The notes under the pieces are model-generated. The model did not search any database and was not told where the DNA came from. It saw only the letters and a list, made by a program, of their open reading frames with translations. Below are positions 35,464 through 45,196 of a stretch of 45,912 nucleotides of DNA, one piece after another; position 1 is the stretch's first letter; each line of letters starts with the position of its first letter. Made by a program: the position numbers and the translations under genes. The stretch lies in the NCBI GenBank assembly GCA_026134085.1, contig JAOQIN010000009.1:1-45912 (forward strand), read 5' to 3'. Source of the stretch: Candidatus Methanoxibalbensis ujae (GTDB lineage Archaea; Halobacteriota; Syntropharchaeia; Alkanophagales; Methanospirareceae).

Positions 35464-35901
35464 ATGGTAAGAATCGCTGGAGATGTGTTGGCAGATATTC
35501 TGTCAATGGGGCGCGGAAAACGAGCACAAGTGATAGGTCTCTCAGCAATGATGCAGATATCGAGGCTCCCAGAGTGGTCAAGACATAGAATGACGGTCAA
35601 AAACATGCCATACACAGCGTGGAATCCGCATCCAGGACAGATTGAAACACGTCTCGTATTCGGCCGATATGCGAGAGACCTCAGAGGAGTAAAAGGTAAG
35701 AAAGCACTGCCAGAGCCTGGTAGAAAAGTCTCAGCAGGAACTCTTGTGCCTGCGGTTGCAGCAGAGATGCAGTCTCGCATGAGAGGAACAACCGCATCAC
35801 AGAGGCTCTCTCCTGAGGAGTATCCGAGCAAGCGCAGATCACTCCGCACACTGGAGGAGCTGATGGAATATGCTGAGCAGATAGGGGCGCCAGTGAGATA
35901 G
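35464..35901 (+). CDS. Basic putative nucleoprotein/core protein
   Basis: KNMPYTAWNPHPGQIETRLVFGRYARDLRG; Arg-rich; heads the capsid operon. Confidence 0.55.
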   Translation: MVRIAGDVLADILSMGRGKRAQVIGLSAMMQISRLPEWSRHRMTVKNMPYTAWNPHPGQIETRLVFGRYARDLRGVKGKKALPEPGRKVSAGTLVPAVAAEMQSRMRGTTASQRLSPEEYPSKRRSLRTLEELMEYAEQIGAPVR

Positions 35902-35914
35902 AGGAGGTGATAAA

Positions 35915-36466
35915 ATGGCATATCGCAAGGAAACATCAGACATGTTTGTGGAACTTGGCGTTTACGCAGGTTCTTCAGTCATAGTTCCAGCCGTGTCCAA
36001 AGCCATGCTTGACCTTCCAACAGCAATCGCCCTCAAAATGCACGAGGCGTGGATACAAGAACTTCTCGCAAACGGCTGGTCCACTGCATCTTCAACCGAA
36101 TGTGGAGCTCTCTCTGGGTTGGGAGAGTTCACAGAAGGTAAAACAGTTGAGCAGATAGGCACGATTATAACCGTTGATAAGAAAGATGCGATAATGAAGA
36201 ACCCTCAGGGGCAGTGCTGTTTAATCGGAATGCCAGAGTTCGTGGAGTGGTTGAATGATATAGGATTCAAGGGGCTATATTCAGTGATAAAGCCATCCAC
36301 ATCGCTGAGAGCGCTTATGGGTATTGTTAAGATCGCAGATGCAAAGATGAATTTCATTCAGCGAGGCAAATACGATGATGCATCAATGGTTACAGGAGTT
36401 GTAGATCTGCTTGGAGCAGTTCTTTCGGCGTTTAACATTAATCCAGCGAAGATGGTGATGCCGTGA
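35915..36466 (+). CDS. Putative membrane-associated virion protein
   Basis: GGAGGTGA RBS; hydrophobic termini. Confidence 0.6.
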   Translation: MAYRKETSDMFVELGVYAGSSVIVPAVSKAMLDLPTAIALKMHEAWIQELLANGWSTASSTECGALSGLGEFTEGKTVEQIGTIITVDKKDAIMKNPQGQCCLIGMPEFVEWLNDIGFKGLYSVIKPSTSLRALMGIVKIADAKMNFIQRGKYDDASMVTGVVDLLGAVLSAFNINPAKMVMP

Positions 36467-36771
36467 TGCCATTCAAATTGGTATCACGTAGTTATCGCAT
36501 CATACGACCGCGAGGTGCAGGGGGTAGCCAGATCAGATTAGTAAGAGCGCCAAAGGCAGCTCCCAAGCCTAAAGCTCCAAAGATAAATATCGCTCCAAAC
36601 CCCGCCCAAAAACCAGCCAAAACCAAGTTTGAGCAGGTATATCCGACGGTTAATAAGGCGACGCAGACGGTTAAGACGCAGAGTGGGCAGTTTGAGCAGG
36701 TATATCCGACGGTTAAGGCTGGAGGAGATGATATTAGGGTAAGGAATATATTGAGGGATCTTGGAATATGA
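36463..36771 (+). CDS. Pro/Lys-rich basic disordered protein
   Basis: PKAAPKPKAPK; FEQVYPTV repeated twice (28-bp repeat at 36626 and 36689). Confidence 0.6.
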   Translation: MMPFKLVSRSYRIIRPRGAGGSQIRLVRAPKAAPKPKAPKINIAPNPAQKPAKTKFEQVYPTVNKATQTVKTQSGQFEQVYPTVKAGGDDIRVRNILRDLGI

Positions 36772-36784
36772 AGGAGGTGATAGT

Positions 36785-37291
36785 ATGGCTGGAATAGAGA
36801 GTGTAATAAACGAGTTGAAGAGGCAGGGGTATGAAGTGCAGCAGGTGACTCTGACGAAGAAGGAGAGTGATATTGTTGAGTTCTCTGACACCTCAGGCAC
36901 AGCGGACGAGGTCTTTCTCACAATAACGCCGCCTGTTGGTGGGGCACTGCTCTTCCCTGGCAAGGAGCTTGTAGGGGAGGAGGATTCATCGCGGATCTTT
37001 CTGTCGCTGTATGACAGTGGAGGCGCGGAGATCTCAGAAGACAGCATGGTTTTCGCACACAAGGAGACCGCGCTTCGTGAGAGATCTTCAGCACTCATCG
37101 CGGCGCCGTATGGTAACTTCAACAAACCGAGCCGTGCAGATGTTTACAAGCTTGAAACCTCAATCAATCTCAGAGGATCAGCAGAGAGCTTGAAGTTTTA
37201 CACATCATCAGCTGTTGATGCAGATCAAGCCTCTACAAACTGCGCTATAACTGCCCTTCTCTACTACCAGCAGAGAGGAGTTCGCTTTTAG
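36785..37291 (+). CDS. Putative major capsid protein, single vertical jelly roll
   Basis: FLTITPPVGGALLFPG...RIFLSLYDSGGAEISEDSMVF...LIAAPYGNF...YKL...I.L...L.F...D recalls the L.LYD..G.E...D..V...PY pattern of P23-77/SH1-type SJR capsid proteins; GGAGGTGA RBS. Confidence 0.65.
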   Translation: MAGIESVINELKRQGYEVQQVTLTKKESDIVEFSDTSGTADEVFLTITPPVGGALLFPGKELVGEEDSSRIFLSLYDSGGAEISEDSMVFAHKETALRERSSALIAAPYGNFNKPSRADVYKLETSINLRGSAESLKFYTSSAVDADQASTNCAITALLYYQQRGVRF

Positions 37292-37347
37292 AACTCCTCC
37301 TCCCCTTCTCCTGTAATAGCAGCTGGACAGCAGGGTTAGTTGGGACT

Positions 37348-38277
37348 ATGGACGGCGGCAGAGCAGAAATGAACGGTAGAAGGATAGATGGGAATATTAG
37401 AAGAGCACTTGAACGCTTAGGTGTATTTGAAGCACCAGAGGCAAGAAGAGATGTAAGAGATGCCTTAGAGTATATTATAAAGATACTTGAAGATAGAATA
37501 GCACCGCGTCGCAAGTATTTTAGGATAGGGGTTATAGAAGAGGCAAAAGCAGCTGCGATAGAGAATAATACGTCACCACCAGCTTCAAATTATCAGATCA
37601 TTAATGTCTATGAAGAAATCTTGAGGACACCAGACTTAGAGATAACAAATTTTGGTCCTGGCAATCTATATGCAGTCATCTCCTATGCACAAGATCAATG
37701 GCTGATGAAGGAAGCCATCATTAACATCCATTCATCTCTTTCATTTCCAAATGTGCACTCTGTTGCATTGAGAGCAGACTGGGCTAACACGACATATATG
37801 ATCTCAGAGCGAAGATCAGCGTTACGCACTATAAACATAGATTACGGTGAGCGTATTTTCATTCTATCCTCAAATTCAACGCAGCATTTCACAGAATCAC
37901 TCTCACAAAATGAGCAAGAATTTGAGAATATATCAGGTATGGTATCAAACAAAGTATTCATACGAGGGGTGAACATACAAGCGATGCAGAATTTATATTT
38001 TAGAGTGATTTTCTGGTCATCAGCGGATGGGGCGTCGTCTGATTTGGATGAAGATTCATTTTTAGATTATGTTGATCTGGATCTCGCAACCACATCCTTC
38101 CAAACTCCAGGAACGCCGCAATACCGATTAAATGTGAACAATTTGAACATAGTGTATGAGGATCAAGATAAAACACGCACACTTCATGTCAGTTTACAGA
38201 ATCTATCATCAACAGATAAGCTCGCAGCACCAGATGGAGCGGTGCAAATTGATTTTAAGATGAGTCCGCGCTTGTAA
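37348..38277 (+). CDS. Beta-rich putative penton/minor capsid protein
   Basis: Two beta-sandwich-like segments directly after the MCP candidate. Confidence 0.5.
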   Translation: MDGGRAEMNGRRIDGNIRRALERLGVFEAPEARRDVRDALEYIIKILEDRIAPRRKYFRIGVIEEAKAAAIENNTSPPASNYQIINVYEEILRTPDLEITNFGPGNLYAVISYAQDQWLMKEAIINIHSSLSFPNVHSVALRADWANTTYMISERRSALRTINIDYGERIFILSSNSTQHFTESLSQNEQEFENISGMVSNKVFIRGVNIQAMQNLYFRVIFWSSADGASSDLDEDSFLDYVDLDLATTSFQTPGTPQYRLNVNNLNIVYEDQDKTRTLHVSLQNLSSTDKLAAPDGAVQIDFKMSPRL

Positions 38278-38301
38278 GATGTAGGGGGTGATGAGAGGAG
38301 T

Positions 38302-38463
38302 ATGGATGTAGATGAAGCAATTGTTGGAACGGCGGTTCTCGCAATATGTGGCGGGTGCTTGGGGTATATAATACGACACGACTGGAATGATGCTCTCGCT
38401 GGTGTGGGCGCAGGGGTAGCAGCAGGATTCTTCAATATATACACAAGCATAAAAAAGAGGTAG
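38302..38463 (+). CDS. Small two-TM protein (53 aa, not in ORF track)
   Basis: MDVDEAIVGTAVLAICGGCLGYII...ALAGVGAGVAAGFF. Confidence 0.6.
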   Translation: MDVDEAIVGTAVLAICGGCLGYIIRHDWNDALAGVGAGVAAGFFNIYTSIKKR

Positions 38464-38478
38464 GATAAAAAGAAATAG

Positions 38479-39222
38479 ATGGAGTGGGAAGATTTTATCC
38501 GTAAAGGGTTTGAAGATGCTGCTATAAAATACTCTCTCAACTGGAACAGAAAGGAAGACCGCAAACTTTTTCTTGAGTGGTTAAATACATGTGATGCGAG
38601 AGGTGGTTATCCTCTCCTGCGCACCTCCTATGGAGGGAAAAAGTTTAAGAGAAATCGTGTGTTTGGAGTCTGTTACGGAGGAGAGCGCTTAGATAAATAC
38701 ACATATCCAATTTTAGGATTGGGGGAGTGTGTATGGATTGAGAATGTCCCCCAACATGTAATTAAAAGAATAGAAGAAGAGACAGATTCCTATGAATGGT
38801 TGAAAAAACTGCTTGATAACCCTGGAAATCCTGGAGGTGGAGAGGGAATGAGAAAAACAACAGAAGTCCTACGAAAGATCGCAGAGAGAATTAGACCAGA
38901 TGTAGTTCAGCTGACTTCTTCTTTAAAAAATGTGATAGAGGCTCATGAGGAAGCATTAATGACACTCGGAGAGGATATAGATTCTCTTAGAGATGATGTT
39001 GCAGAGCTGAAAAAAGATGTGCATGACTTGAAAGAAGAACTAAAAAAGGAAACTGATTACGAGAAATTAAAAAGGAAGATAGAGGCGATAAAAAGAGATC
39101 ACAAAAATATAGATGAACTCTCAAAAATTATGGCAGATCTGGCAAAAGGTCGTTATGATGTGACAGAATCAGAGAAAAGAGTGTTGATGGATTTGATAAG
39201 AGAAACAATGATGAAAATATAG
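38479..39222 (+). CDS. Two-domain protein with coiled-coil module shared with 39414-41618
   Basis: NPGNPGGG linker then T.E.LR.IAER.RPDV.QL..SL...I..HEEA. Confidence 0.7.
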   Translation: MEWEDFIRKGFEDAAIKYSLNWNRKEDRKLFLEWLNTCDARGGYPLLRTSYGGKKFKRNRVFGVCYGGERLDKYTYPILGLGECVWIENVPQHVIKRIEEETDSYEWLKKLLDNPGNPGGGEGMRKTTEVLRKIAERIRPDVVQLTSSLKNVIEAHEEALMTLGEDIDSLRDDVAELKKDVHDLKEELKKETDYEKLKRKIEAIKRDHKNIDELSKIMADLAKGRYDVTESEKRVLMDLIRETMMKI

Positions 39223-39234
39223 GAGGGAGGTGCT

Positions 39235-39417
39235 ATGAAAATATTGATTGACTGGTTCAAATATGAGTCAAAACTAAAAGATTTGAGTGATTTGGTGAAA
39301 TACGCAAAGTCAGCACATTTGGACGGAAACACAGGCATTTTGACAATTTATGAGCCTGACGCTTTTATTATCGGAGAGTTGAGGAGGCGCAAGATTAAAT
39401 ATACAAAAGTGAAGTGA
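39235..39417 (+). CDS. Small hypothetical protein
   Basis: GGAGGTG RBS. Confidence 0.55.
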   Translation: MKILIDWFKYESKLKDLSDLVKYAKSAHLDGNTGILTIYEPDAFIIGELRRRKIKYTKVK

Positions 39418-41618
39418 GTATGTTTAAAGGGGTAATAAGTGTTAGGTTACTAAAAGAGATATTTGCACATTTTTCAGATGAGGCTTATGCAATAGTCAGT
39501 GACTATGTAAAACTATGCTATATTTCACCAGAATACACTTGGGGGATCTTATCTAATATAACAGCATGGAGTAAAATAGAATCAAAAGATGAATTCTTAA
39601 CAACTATCAAAGTTAAGCGCATATATCGCATTCTTCAAGCACTCAAAGGAGATATTGTTGTAGAGATAAGTAAAGAAAAAACTAAGATAATTTCAGGTAA
39701 TCTTGTATATGAAATACGAAACGAACCAGATATTGCCTCCAATAAAGAGATGATAAATAAGTTTGAAAATTTAGTATATAAAGGTATAAAACAACACCGA
39801 GCAATCTTGGCAGCAGTTCCAGCCAATCTGAAAAGATTTGCTAAAGGTAAGGATATTTTAGTCATAGGTGTGATAAATGGAGAGGGATTAATTTATGGGG
39901 ATACTGAAAAAATGGATTTAAAGGTAAAATCATATAAAGATGATGCTGTTTTTTGTATTTATGCATATAATATTGAACGGATTTTGAAGGGTACGAAGAA
40001 GGAAATCAATATTTACATAGGTAACAACACATCAGGGATTTTTGAATATCTATATGACGGTGTTAAAGTTGAAGTGATATGTGCACCTTTGGTGCCTAAT
40101 GAATCCAAACTAATTGAGATGGATTTACCAAGAAAGTTAATAGAGATGATTATAGGAGAAGTTGAAGAAGGAAGAGAGGAAGAAAAAGAGGAAAAAGAGG
40201 AAGAAAAAGAAAGAATTTCTGAAGGAGAAAGGATTATTGACATGAGTATATTATACTCAATATTTCATAAAAAATGGTGTTTATATTACAGTATTTATCC
40301 AGATCAATATGATTCAAAATATTTTGATAGTTTTGAAGAGCTTAAAGAATTTCTTAAAAAAGGTAAGGCTAAATTGTATGTAAGCAAGCAGAGAACAAAC
40401 ATTGATATAAGATGGGATCCAATAGATTTACCTGCGCCTAAATTTGAGCCAGATTCTAAATTTGAAGTCGGAGAGATAAGAATCCATCTAATTCACCCAG
40501 GATGGAGTTTGAGAGAAAAAAGATGGAACTGGTATGTGGAAATAACAGACAGAGAGACCGGGCATACAGAATATAAAAACATGAGTGAAAATGATGTAGA
40601 GATTTTACTCAAGAAAGCAAGGAAGATACCTGGGGAAAAACCTAAGATACCTGAGGAGAAACCCAAGATAGAGGAGAAACCTCCAAAATTAAAACACACG
40701 CGAGAAATTCTTAGGAGGATTGCTGAGCGAGTTCGTCCAGATGTAGCGCAACTTAGCACATCTCTTAGAGGTATTATAAACACGCATGAAGAAGCTATGA
40801 TGAAGGTAGCTGAAGAGGTTGATGAGCTTACGGATGATGTGAATAAGTTAAAAGTGGATGTATTAGGTTTAAAAGAGCGGATTAAAGGTAAGAGTATATA
40901 TGAGCTTTTAAAGGAGAAAATTGAAAGTGAACAAAATATTGATAGATTGGAAAGATTGGGGGGAGATTTACAGCTATACAAATTACCTGAAGATAAAGTT
41001 GTAGATCTGTTAAAGTTAATAGCAATAAAAGGATTAAGTATGGCAAAGAACGGGGATGAAGATAAATTAAAGAGAATACTTGATCTCCTAAAAGAGAAGG
41101 ATAAGGACACATACATAGAAATATTGAAGAAATATAAAGAAGAGAAGAGGCTTGAAGAAGAGGAGGTTGAGGAGGAAGTCCCTGTTGCTGTAAAATTTGA
41201 GAGATTGATAAGAATATTAGAAGATGCATTTAAAGAGGTTGCGAAAACATTAACAGAAGATGCAGAGCGTATGGCAAGAAAATTGGCAGATGATGTTCTG
41301 TTGAGGCGGATAACGAAAAGAGATGCTATAATTGAGATGAAGAAGCTCGCATATAAATATAAAATACACAGCTTACTTAAAAAGAAAACAAATATAACCA
41401 CTGTTAAGGTAGATGGGAAGGTTATGCCTGTTATTGAATCAGATGCAAAGCTAAGAGAATTTGAGGAATTACACAGAGAGATCAGCAGATTCTGTGATGC
41501 TGAGAATATAGATTGTGAAGATTTAGAGGAAGAGTGGAGAAAAGCATCTGATATATATATTGAAGCTGTTAATATGATAAACTCATTGCTGAAGCGAGCG
41601 GGCAGAGCGAGCAGATAA
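39414..41618 (+). CDS. Multidomain protein: N-terminal PCNA-like clamp domain plus coiled-coil region
   Basis: MFKGVISVRLLKEIF...DEA at start and INIYIGNN....FEY...GVKVEVICAPLV near aa 225 mirror archaeal PCNA termini. Confidence 0.55.
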   Translation: MSMFKGVISVRLLKEIFAHFSDEAYAIVSDYVKLCYISPEYTWGILSNITAWSKIESKDEFLTTIKVKRIYRILQALKGDIVVEISKEKTKIISGNLVYEIRNEPDIASNKEMINKFENLVYKGIKQHRAILAAVPANLKRFAKGKDILVIGVINGEGLIYGDTEKMDLKVKSYKDDAVFCIYAYNIERILKGTKKEINIYIGNNTSGIFEYLYDGVKVEVICAPLVPNESKLIEMDLPRKLIEMIIGEVEEGREEEKEEKEEEKERISEGERIIDMSILYSIFHKKWCLYYSIYPDQYDSKYFDSFEELKEFLKKGKAKLYVSKQRTNIDIRWDPIDLPAPKFEPDSKFEVGEIRIHLIHPGWSLREKRWNWYVEITDRETGHTEYKNMSENDVEILLKKARKIPGEKPKIPEEKPKIEEKPPKLKHTREILRRIAERVRPDVAQLSTSLRGIINTHEEAMMKVAEEVDELTDDVNKLKVDVLGLKERIKGKSIYELLKEKIESEQNIDRLERLGGDLQLYKLPEDKVVDLLKLIAIKGLSMAKNGDEDKLKRILDLLKEKDKDTYIEILKKYKEEKRLEEEEVEEEVPVAVKFERLIRILEDAFKEVAKTLTEDAERMARKLADDVLLRRITKRDAIIEMKKLAYKYKIHSLLKKKTNITTVKVDGKVMPVIESDAKLREFEELHREISRFCDAENIDCEDLEEEWRKASDIYIEAVNMINSLLKRAGRASR

Positions 41619-41653
41619 TAACATTTTTATATAAGCTCTATCAATTATAAAAT

Positions 41654-42211
41654 ATGCCTCTTGAGACACGGGTAGAGGGGACTTATGCTGTTGTAGATGT
41701 AAGTGGTATATGGACCGCAGTGAAGGCTGCGAATGATTATGTGCTTGTCCCAAATGTGAGTGCGCTTCAGAAAAGTGATGAGAGCGTAATAGATACTGAG
41801 ATGCAGACTGAGCCAGGAGTGCATGCACGCAGAGACTACAAGCTATCCATCCCTGGATATATGGAAGGTGGAGGAATGATCGTGCTGTTCGGAAGCTCAG
41901 GAGCACTTAATTCTGTTGCATCAGATTCCAATGCTGCGAGAGTAAACCTAAAGGTATATCACGGTTCCCCAACAGGAGGAGATCTGCTTGGTTCTGCGAA
42001 TGGAACAGAGAGGACCCCAAACAACACATCTGAACAGTCATATACAGAGATAATAGCATGCACACTATCAAAATACAGGCTTTCAGGCGCTTCTTATCTG
42101 ACAATTAGAGTGGAGCTTGAGGTGACAGAGGCAGATGCAAATGGTATTCAGATGAAGTTATATGCAGATCCAGAAACCAAACCACTTTTGTTTTATGTAA
42201 ACATGCCTTAG
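41654..42211 (+). CDS. Beta-sandwich virion protein (spike base/penton-like)
   Basis: Beta-rich, precedes the beta-helix spike. Confidence 0.5.
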   Translation: MPLETRVEGTYAVVDVSGIWTAVKAANDYVLVPNVSALQKSDESVIDTEMQTEPGVHARRDYKLSIPGYMEGGGMIVLFGSSGALNSVASDSNAARVNLKVYHGSPTGGDLLGSANGTERTPNNTSEQSYTEIIACTLSKYRLSGASYLTIRVELEVTEADANGIQMKLYADPETKPLLFYVNMP

Positions 42212-42218
42212 AAGAGAA

Positions 42219-43523
42219 ATGCCGAGCGAATATGCTCTTTCATTGTATTCTGCGATAACTCGTCTAAATGTAGCAAAGAAAGGATATACTGCGCTGTATG
42301 TTCGTTCAGATGGAAACGACGCAGCCAATGGCTTAACGTGGGATACTGCACTGCGCACAATATCTGAAGCGTTAGATCGTGCGGAGCCCTGGACCACAAT
42401 TTTCGTATATCCTGGATCTTACGAAGAGGAGGTGGTAATATCCACTCCTGACGTCTCATTGATCTCTCCAGCATCTGATAGCACATTTATAAGAGCAGGT
42501 GAGGATAAAATACCGCTGACAATTGAAGAAAGCGTTACAAACTGCAATATTATAAACTTCACTGTTGAAGCATCAAAAACACCAGACAACACTGGAGCTA
42601 TTGAACTGAAAGGAACGCGATGCGTGCTCAAGAATATAGTAGTGGGGAACGATGGATGGAATATACACGTGTCAGGAAATTCTAACAAAATATCAAACAT
42701 ATCAGCAATACATAAAGCTTACGCTTCTGTCATATATATAGACGGGAATTATAATCAGATATATGGAAATGTTTTGAGTGGAGGATCTCAATGTCAGTAT
42801 GGTATTGTCCTTGCAAGTGGATCCTCTTATAATATAATATGCGATAATTATATAGCCTATTTCAAAATAGATGGACTTGGATCTGGTATTATAATATTCA
42901 GTGGGGCAACACAGAACGTGATCTATCACAATAACTTCGGTGGAAACGATGCGAATATCAAAAACTATGATACATCATCGGTGATCTATGAGAATTATTA
43001 TGCAGATCATTCAAACATAGATAATGGTGCTGGGATAGCAACTGAACCTTACTTATTTACAGATGGAGTAGATCAGCGGCCAATGGCGCAGATAGATGGA
43101 TGGCGAGGAGTCAATGCCCCATCAACAGCACATCAAGTATGGAAGTGGAGTGCTCTTGATTCTTATCAGACTGTGCAGGGCACATGGAGTTTATCAGCAG
43201 ACAGCTCACAGCATTTAGGAGTGCTTTTAACAAACACAAGCAACACAGTTAATGATGAAATAGCCATCCCGATGCTTGCATACTCAACAAATATGCCTCT
43301 CCATCTGAGATGTAAAACATCAGCAGACAGTGGAGTGATTTCAGTGATAATTGATGGAGAAGAACAGGGCACGATAGATCTATACAGTTCCTCAACATCA
43401 TATAATGTGCTAAAAACGATTAATGTTGCGCCACCGCGCAGAGGAATGTGTGCATTACGAATAAAGATAAGTGAGGCAGGCACAGGAGGAGGTGCCCGTG
43501 CATATATAAGTGAGGTATGGTGA
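42219..43523 (+). CDS. Right-handed beta-helix (pectin-lyase/NosD-like) spike with C-terminal carbohydrate-binding-like domain
   Basis: YV..DGNDAANGLTWDTALRTISEAL...IFVYPGSYEE; Asn ladders; IYHNNF; V.IDG...GTIDLY. Confidence 0.85.
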   Translation: MPSEYALSLYSAITRLNVAKKGYTALYVRSDGNDAANGLTWDTALRTISEALDRAEPWTTIFVYPGSYEEEVVISTPDVSLISPASDSTFIRAGEDKIPLTIEESVTNCNIINFTVEASKTPDNTGAIELKGTRCVLKNIVVGNDGWNIHVSGNSNKISNISAIHKAYASVIYIDGNYNQIYGNVLSGGSQCQYGIVLASGSSYNIICDNYIAYFKIDGLGSGIIIFSGATQNVIYHNNFGGNDANIKNYDTSSVIYENYYADHSNIDNGAGIATEPYLFTDGVDQRPMAQIDGWRGVNAPSTAHQVWKWSALDSYQTVQGTWSLSADSSQHLGVLLTNTSNTVNDEIAIPMLAYSTNMPLHLRCKTSADSGVISVIIDGEEQGTIDLYSSSTSYNVLKTINVAPPRRGMCALRIKISEAGTGGGARAYISEVW

Positions 43524-44306
43524 TTATATCGGGAGCAGATATGAATCCTCTGCGCTGCCTCCTGTGTTATTAAACCTTACATTAGATCCGTCACTGAATA
43601 CATAGCCGATTTCCCCTACTCCTAATAAGTCATACCATGTTGTCCCATTATCTGGGGAATACTCCACTTTGGTGTTAGGACCGCATCTTGCGATGTAAGC
43701 ACCTTCATCTATTGTAGATGTTGAACCCGCACCAACGCTTACGGAGGATTCTGTCCCAAACTCAACTAAGACTTGTGAATAACGGAGATCGTCAGTCCCT
43801 ATTGCGTCATCTCCACCATATGCGTGTCTTGATGCGTGAGCTGTCAGATCAAGTCCTCCAAGCACTCCTATCGTTTCCCACGAAGATCCGTTATCGCGGG
43901 AAAGTTCCATAGTGTCTGTTGCAAGAAAGAATCTATTTTCAACTCCTGCGGCTGGACGGTTGGCAGCGGTATCTTGAATTAGAACCCCTACTACCTCATC
44001 ATCTCCTCCATATATATGTCTTGATGCGTGTGACTCAATATCCATCACCTCTGAATCTGTTGTATGATCCCAGACTTTCATGGTGCCTTCGTATTCCCTG
44101 ACGGACTTATCAGCACCATTCAGTTCAGTGCCTTCAAATCGTATGTAAGGTGTGGTTCCTGATATATGCCAGTAATTGTTGCCTGCTGCTATTGTTCCAC
44201 TACCAACTTTCAATCTGCGAAGATGTAGCTCTCGCCTCCTTGAAGAGATTTCAACGAGTTTTGCTACTATGTCCGCAATCTTCCCTATAATCTTCTCTAC
44301 TATCAT
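43524..44306 (-). CDS. Fibre-like protein with two HASRH.YGG.D repeats
   Basis: HASRHIYGGDD and HASRHAYGGDD; T.ANRPAAG...RFFLATDT...DNG..W. Confidence 0.7.
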   Translation of the reverse strand: MIVEKIIGKIADIVAKLVEISSRRRELHLRRLKVGSGTIAAGNNYWHISGTTPYIRFEGTELNGADKSVREYEGTMKVWDHTTDSEVMDIESHASRHIYGGDDEVVGVLIQDTAANRPAAGVENRFFLATDTMELSRDNGSSWETIGVLGGLDLTAHASRHAYGGDDAIGTDDLRYSQVLVEFGTESSVSVGAGSTSTIDEGAYIARCGPNTKVEYSPDNGTTWYDLLGVGEIGYVFSDGSNVRFNNTGGSAEDSYLLPI

Positions 44307-44319
44307 TAATCATCCCTCC

Positions 44320-44595
44320 TTATAATGAAAACAGCACAAATCTCCCTCCTTCTTCAATTATAAATTGGGCTCCATCTTCAATTATAAATTCATCATCATG
44401 CGTTAGTATTGCATACATAGTTTCTCCAGATTTAATCGTCAGTGATTCCCCACTACTTATCTTATTCTTAACAATACCCGCGCTCTTCTCAATGACTGAA
44501 TCCAAGTCTGAATCATACTGCTTATTGAGCGCTCCTTCTGACTCAAGCTTCTCTTTTATTTTAGCCCACTGCTTAGATAAGGGGATGTAGGACAT
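44320..44595 (-). CDS. Small fibre-associated protein
   Basis: YD.D.D.VI motif shared with 44641-45180; beta-helix-like tail. Confidence 0.6.
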   Translation of the reverse strand: MSYIPLSKQWAKIKEKLESEGALNKQYDSDLDSVIEKSAGIVKNKISSGESLTIKSGETMYAILTHDDEFIIEDGAQFIIEEGGRFVLFSL

Positions 44596-44640
44596 ACCTC
44601 TCTCTCCCTCCCCTCTCTCCTCTAACTTCCAGAACGATCA

Positions 44641-45180
44641 TCATATGATATACCAGTTTGTCCCATCGCTTATCAGTGTATATGTCTCATACTGTGTATC
44701 AATAGTTAATGATGATGCTCCATCAATTGTCTCTGCCCCTGCGGGAGATACAGTCACAGTATTTGTTGATGAATCTGTTTTCTTCACACCTACCCTTGCG
44801 TTTTCTGCGGGGGAAGGTAGTGTGATTGTTATGGCTGCTGTTGAAGAATCTGCAAGAACAAACTCTCCGTCAGTCGCAGTGTAATCTGATGATGTCGTTA
44901 CCACACTCCATACTGTTGCAGTTGCAGCTGCCCATACAGGATCCGCGCCTGCTCCTTGTGTTTTCAAGAAATATCCCGCGGTTCCTGGCGCTAAGCGAGT
45001 TACATTCCCAGTTGAATCTACGAAAAACAGATCTCCATGAGTGATGTCCGCAGGAATCTTTAGCACATTCCCAGCTCCAGTACCCGCATGCGCACCGTCC
45101 ACCTGATCAGCATTATCAACAACTCCGTCCTCATTCGGGTCATATGTCCCCTTTAACATGCGCTTCGGGTGGTATGTCAT
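44641..45180 (-). CDS. Fibre-like protein
   Basis: GDLF....G..TRLAPGTAG..LKT.GAGADPVW plus C-terminal VLADSS..AITITLP...TIDG...SDGTNWYI domain. Confidence 0.75.
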   Translation of the reverse strand: MTYHPKRMLKGTYDPNEDGVVDNADQVDGAHAGTGAGNVLKIPADITHGDLFFVDSTGNVTRLAPGTAGYFLKTQGAGADPVWAAATATVWSVVTTSSDYTATDGEFVLADSSTAAITITLPSPAENARVGVKKTDSSTNTVTVSPAGAETIDGASSLTIDTQYETYTLISDGTNWYII

Positions 45181-45196
45181 ATCTACTCACCCTCCT

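Noticed and set aside
36626..36716. Mini-CRISPR (28-bp repeat x2, 35-bp spacer, contains GTTT near its start)
   Set aside because: The 63-bp period is in frame inside an ORF (FEQVYPTV twice), the spacer contains a partial repeat, and there is no GAAA(C/G) end or leader
40493..41401. 302-aa minus-strand ORF and other long antisense ORFs
   Set aside because: Ser/Phe/Leu-rich mirror of E/K-rich coding sequence; no RBS or motifs
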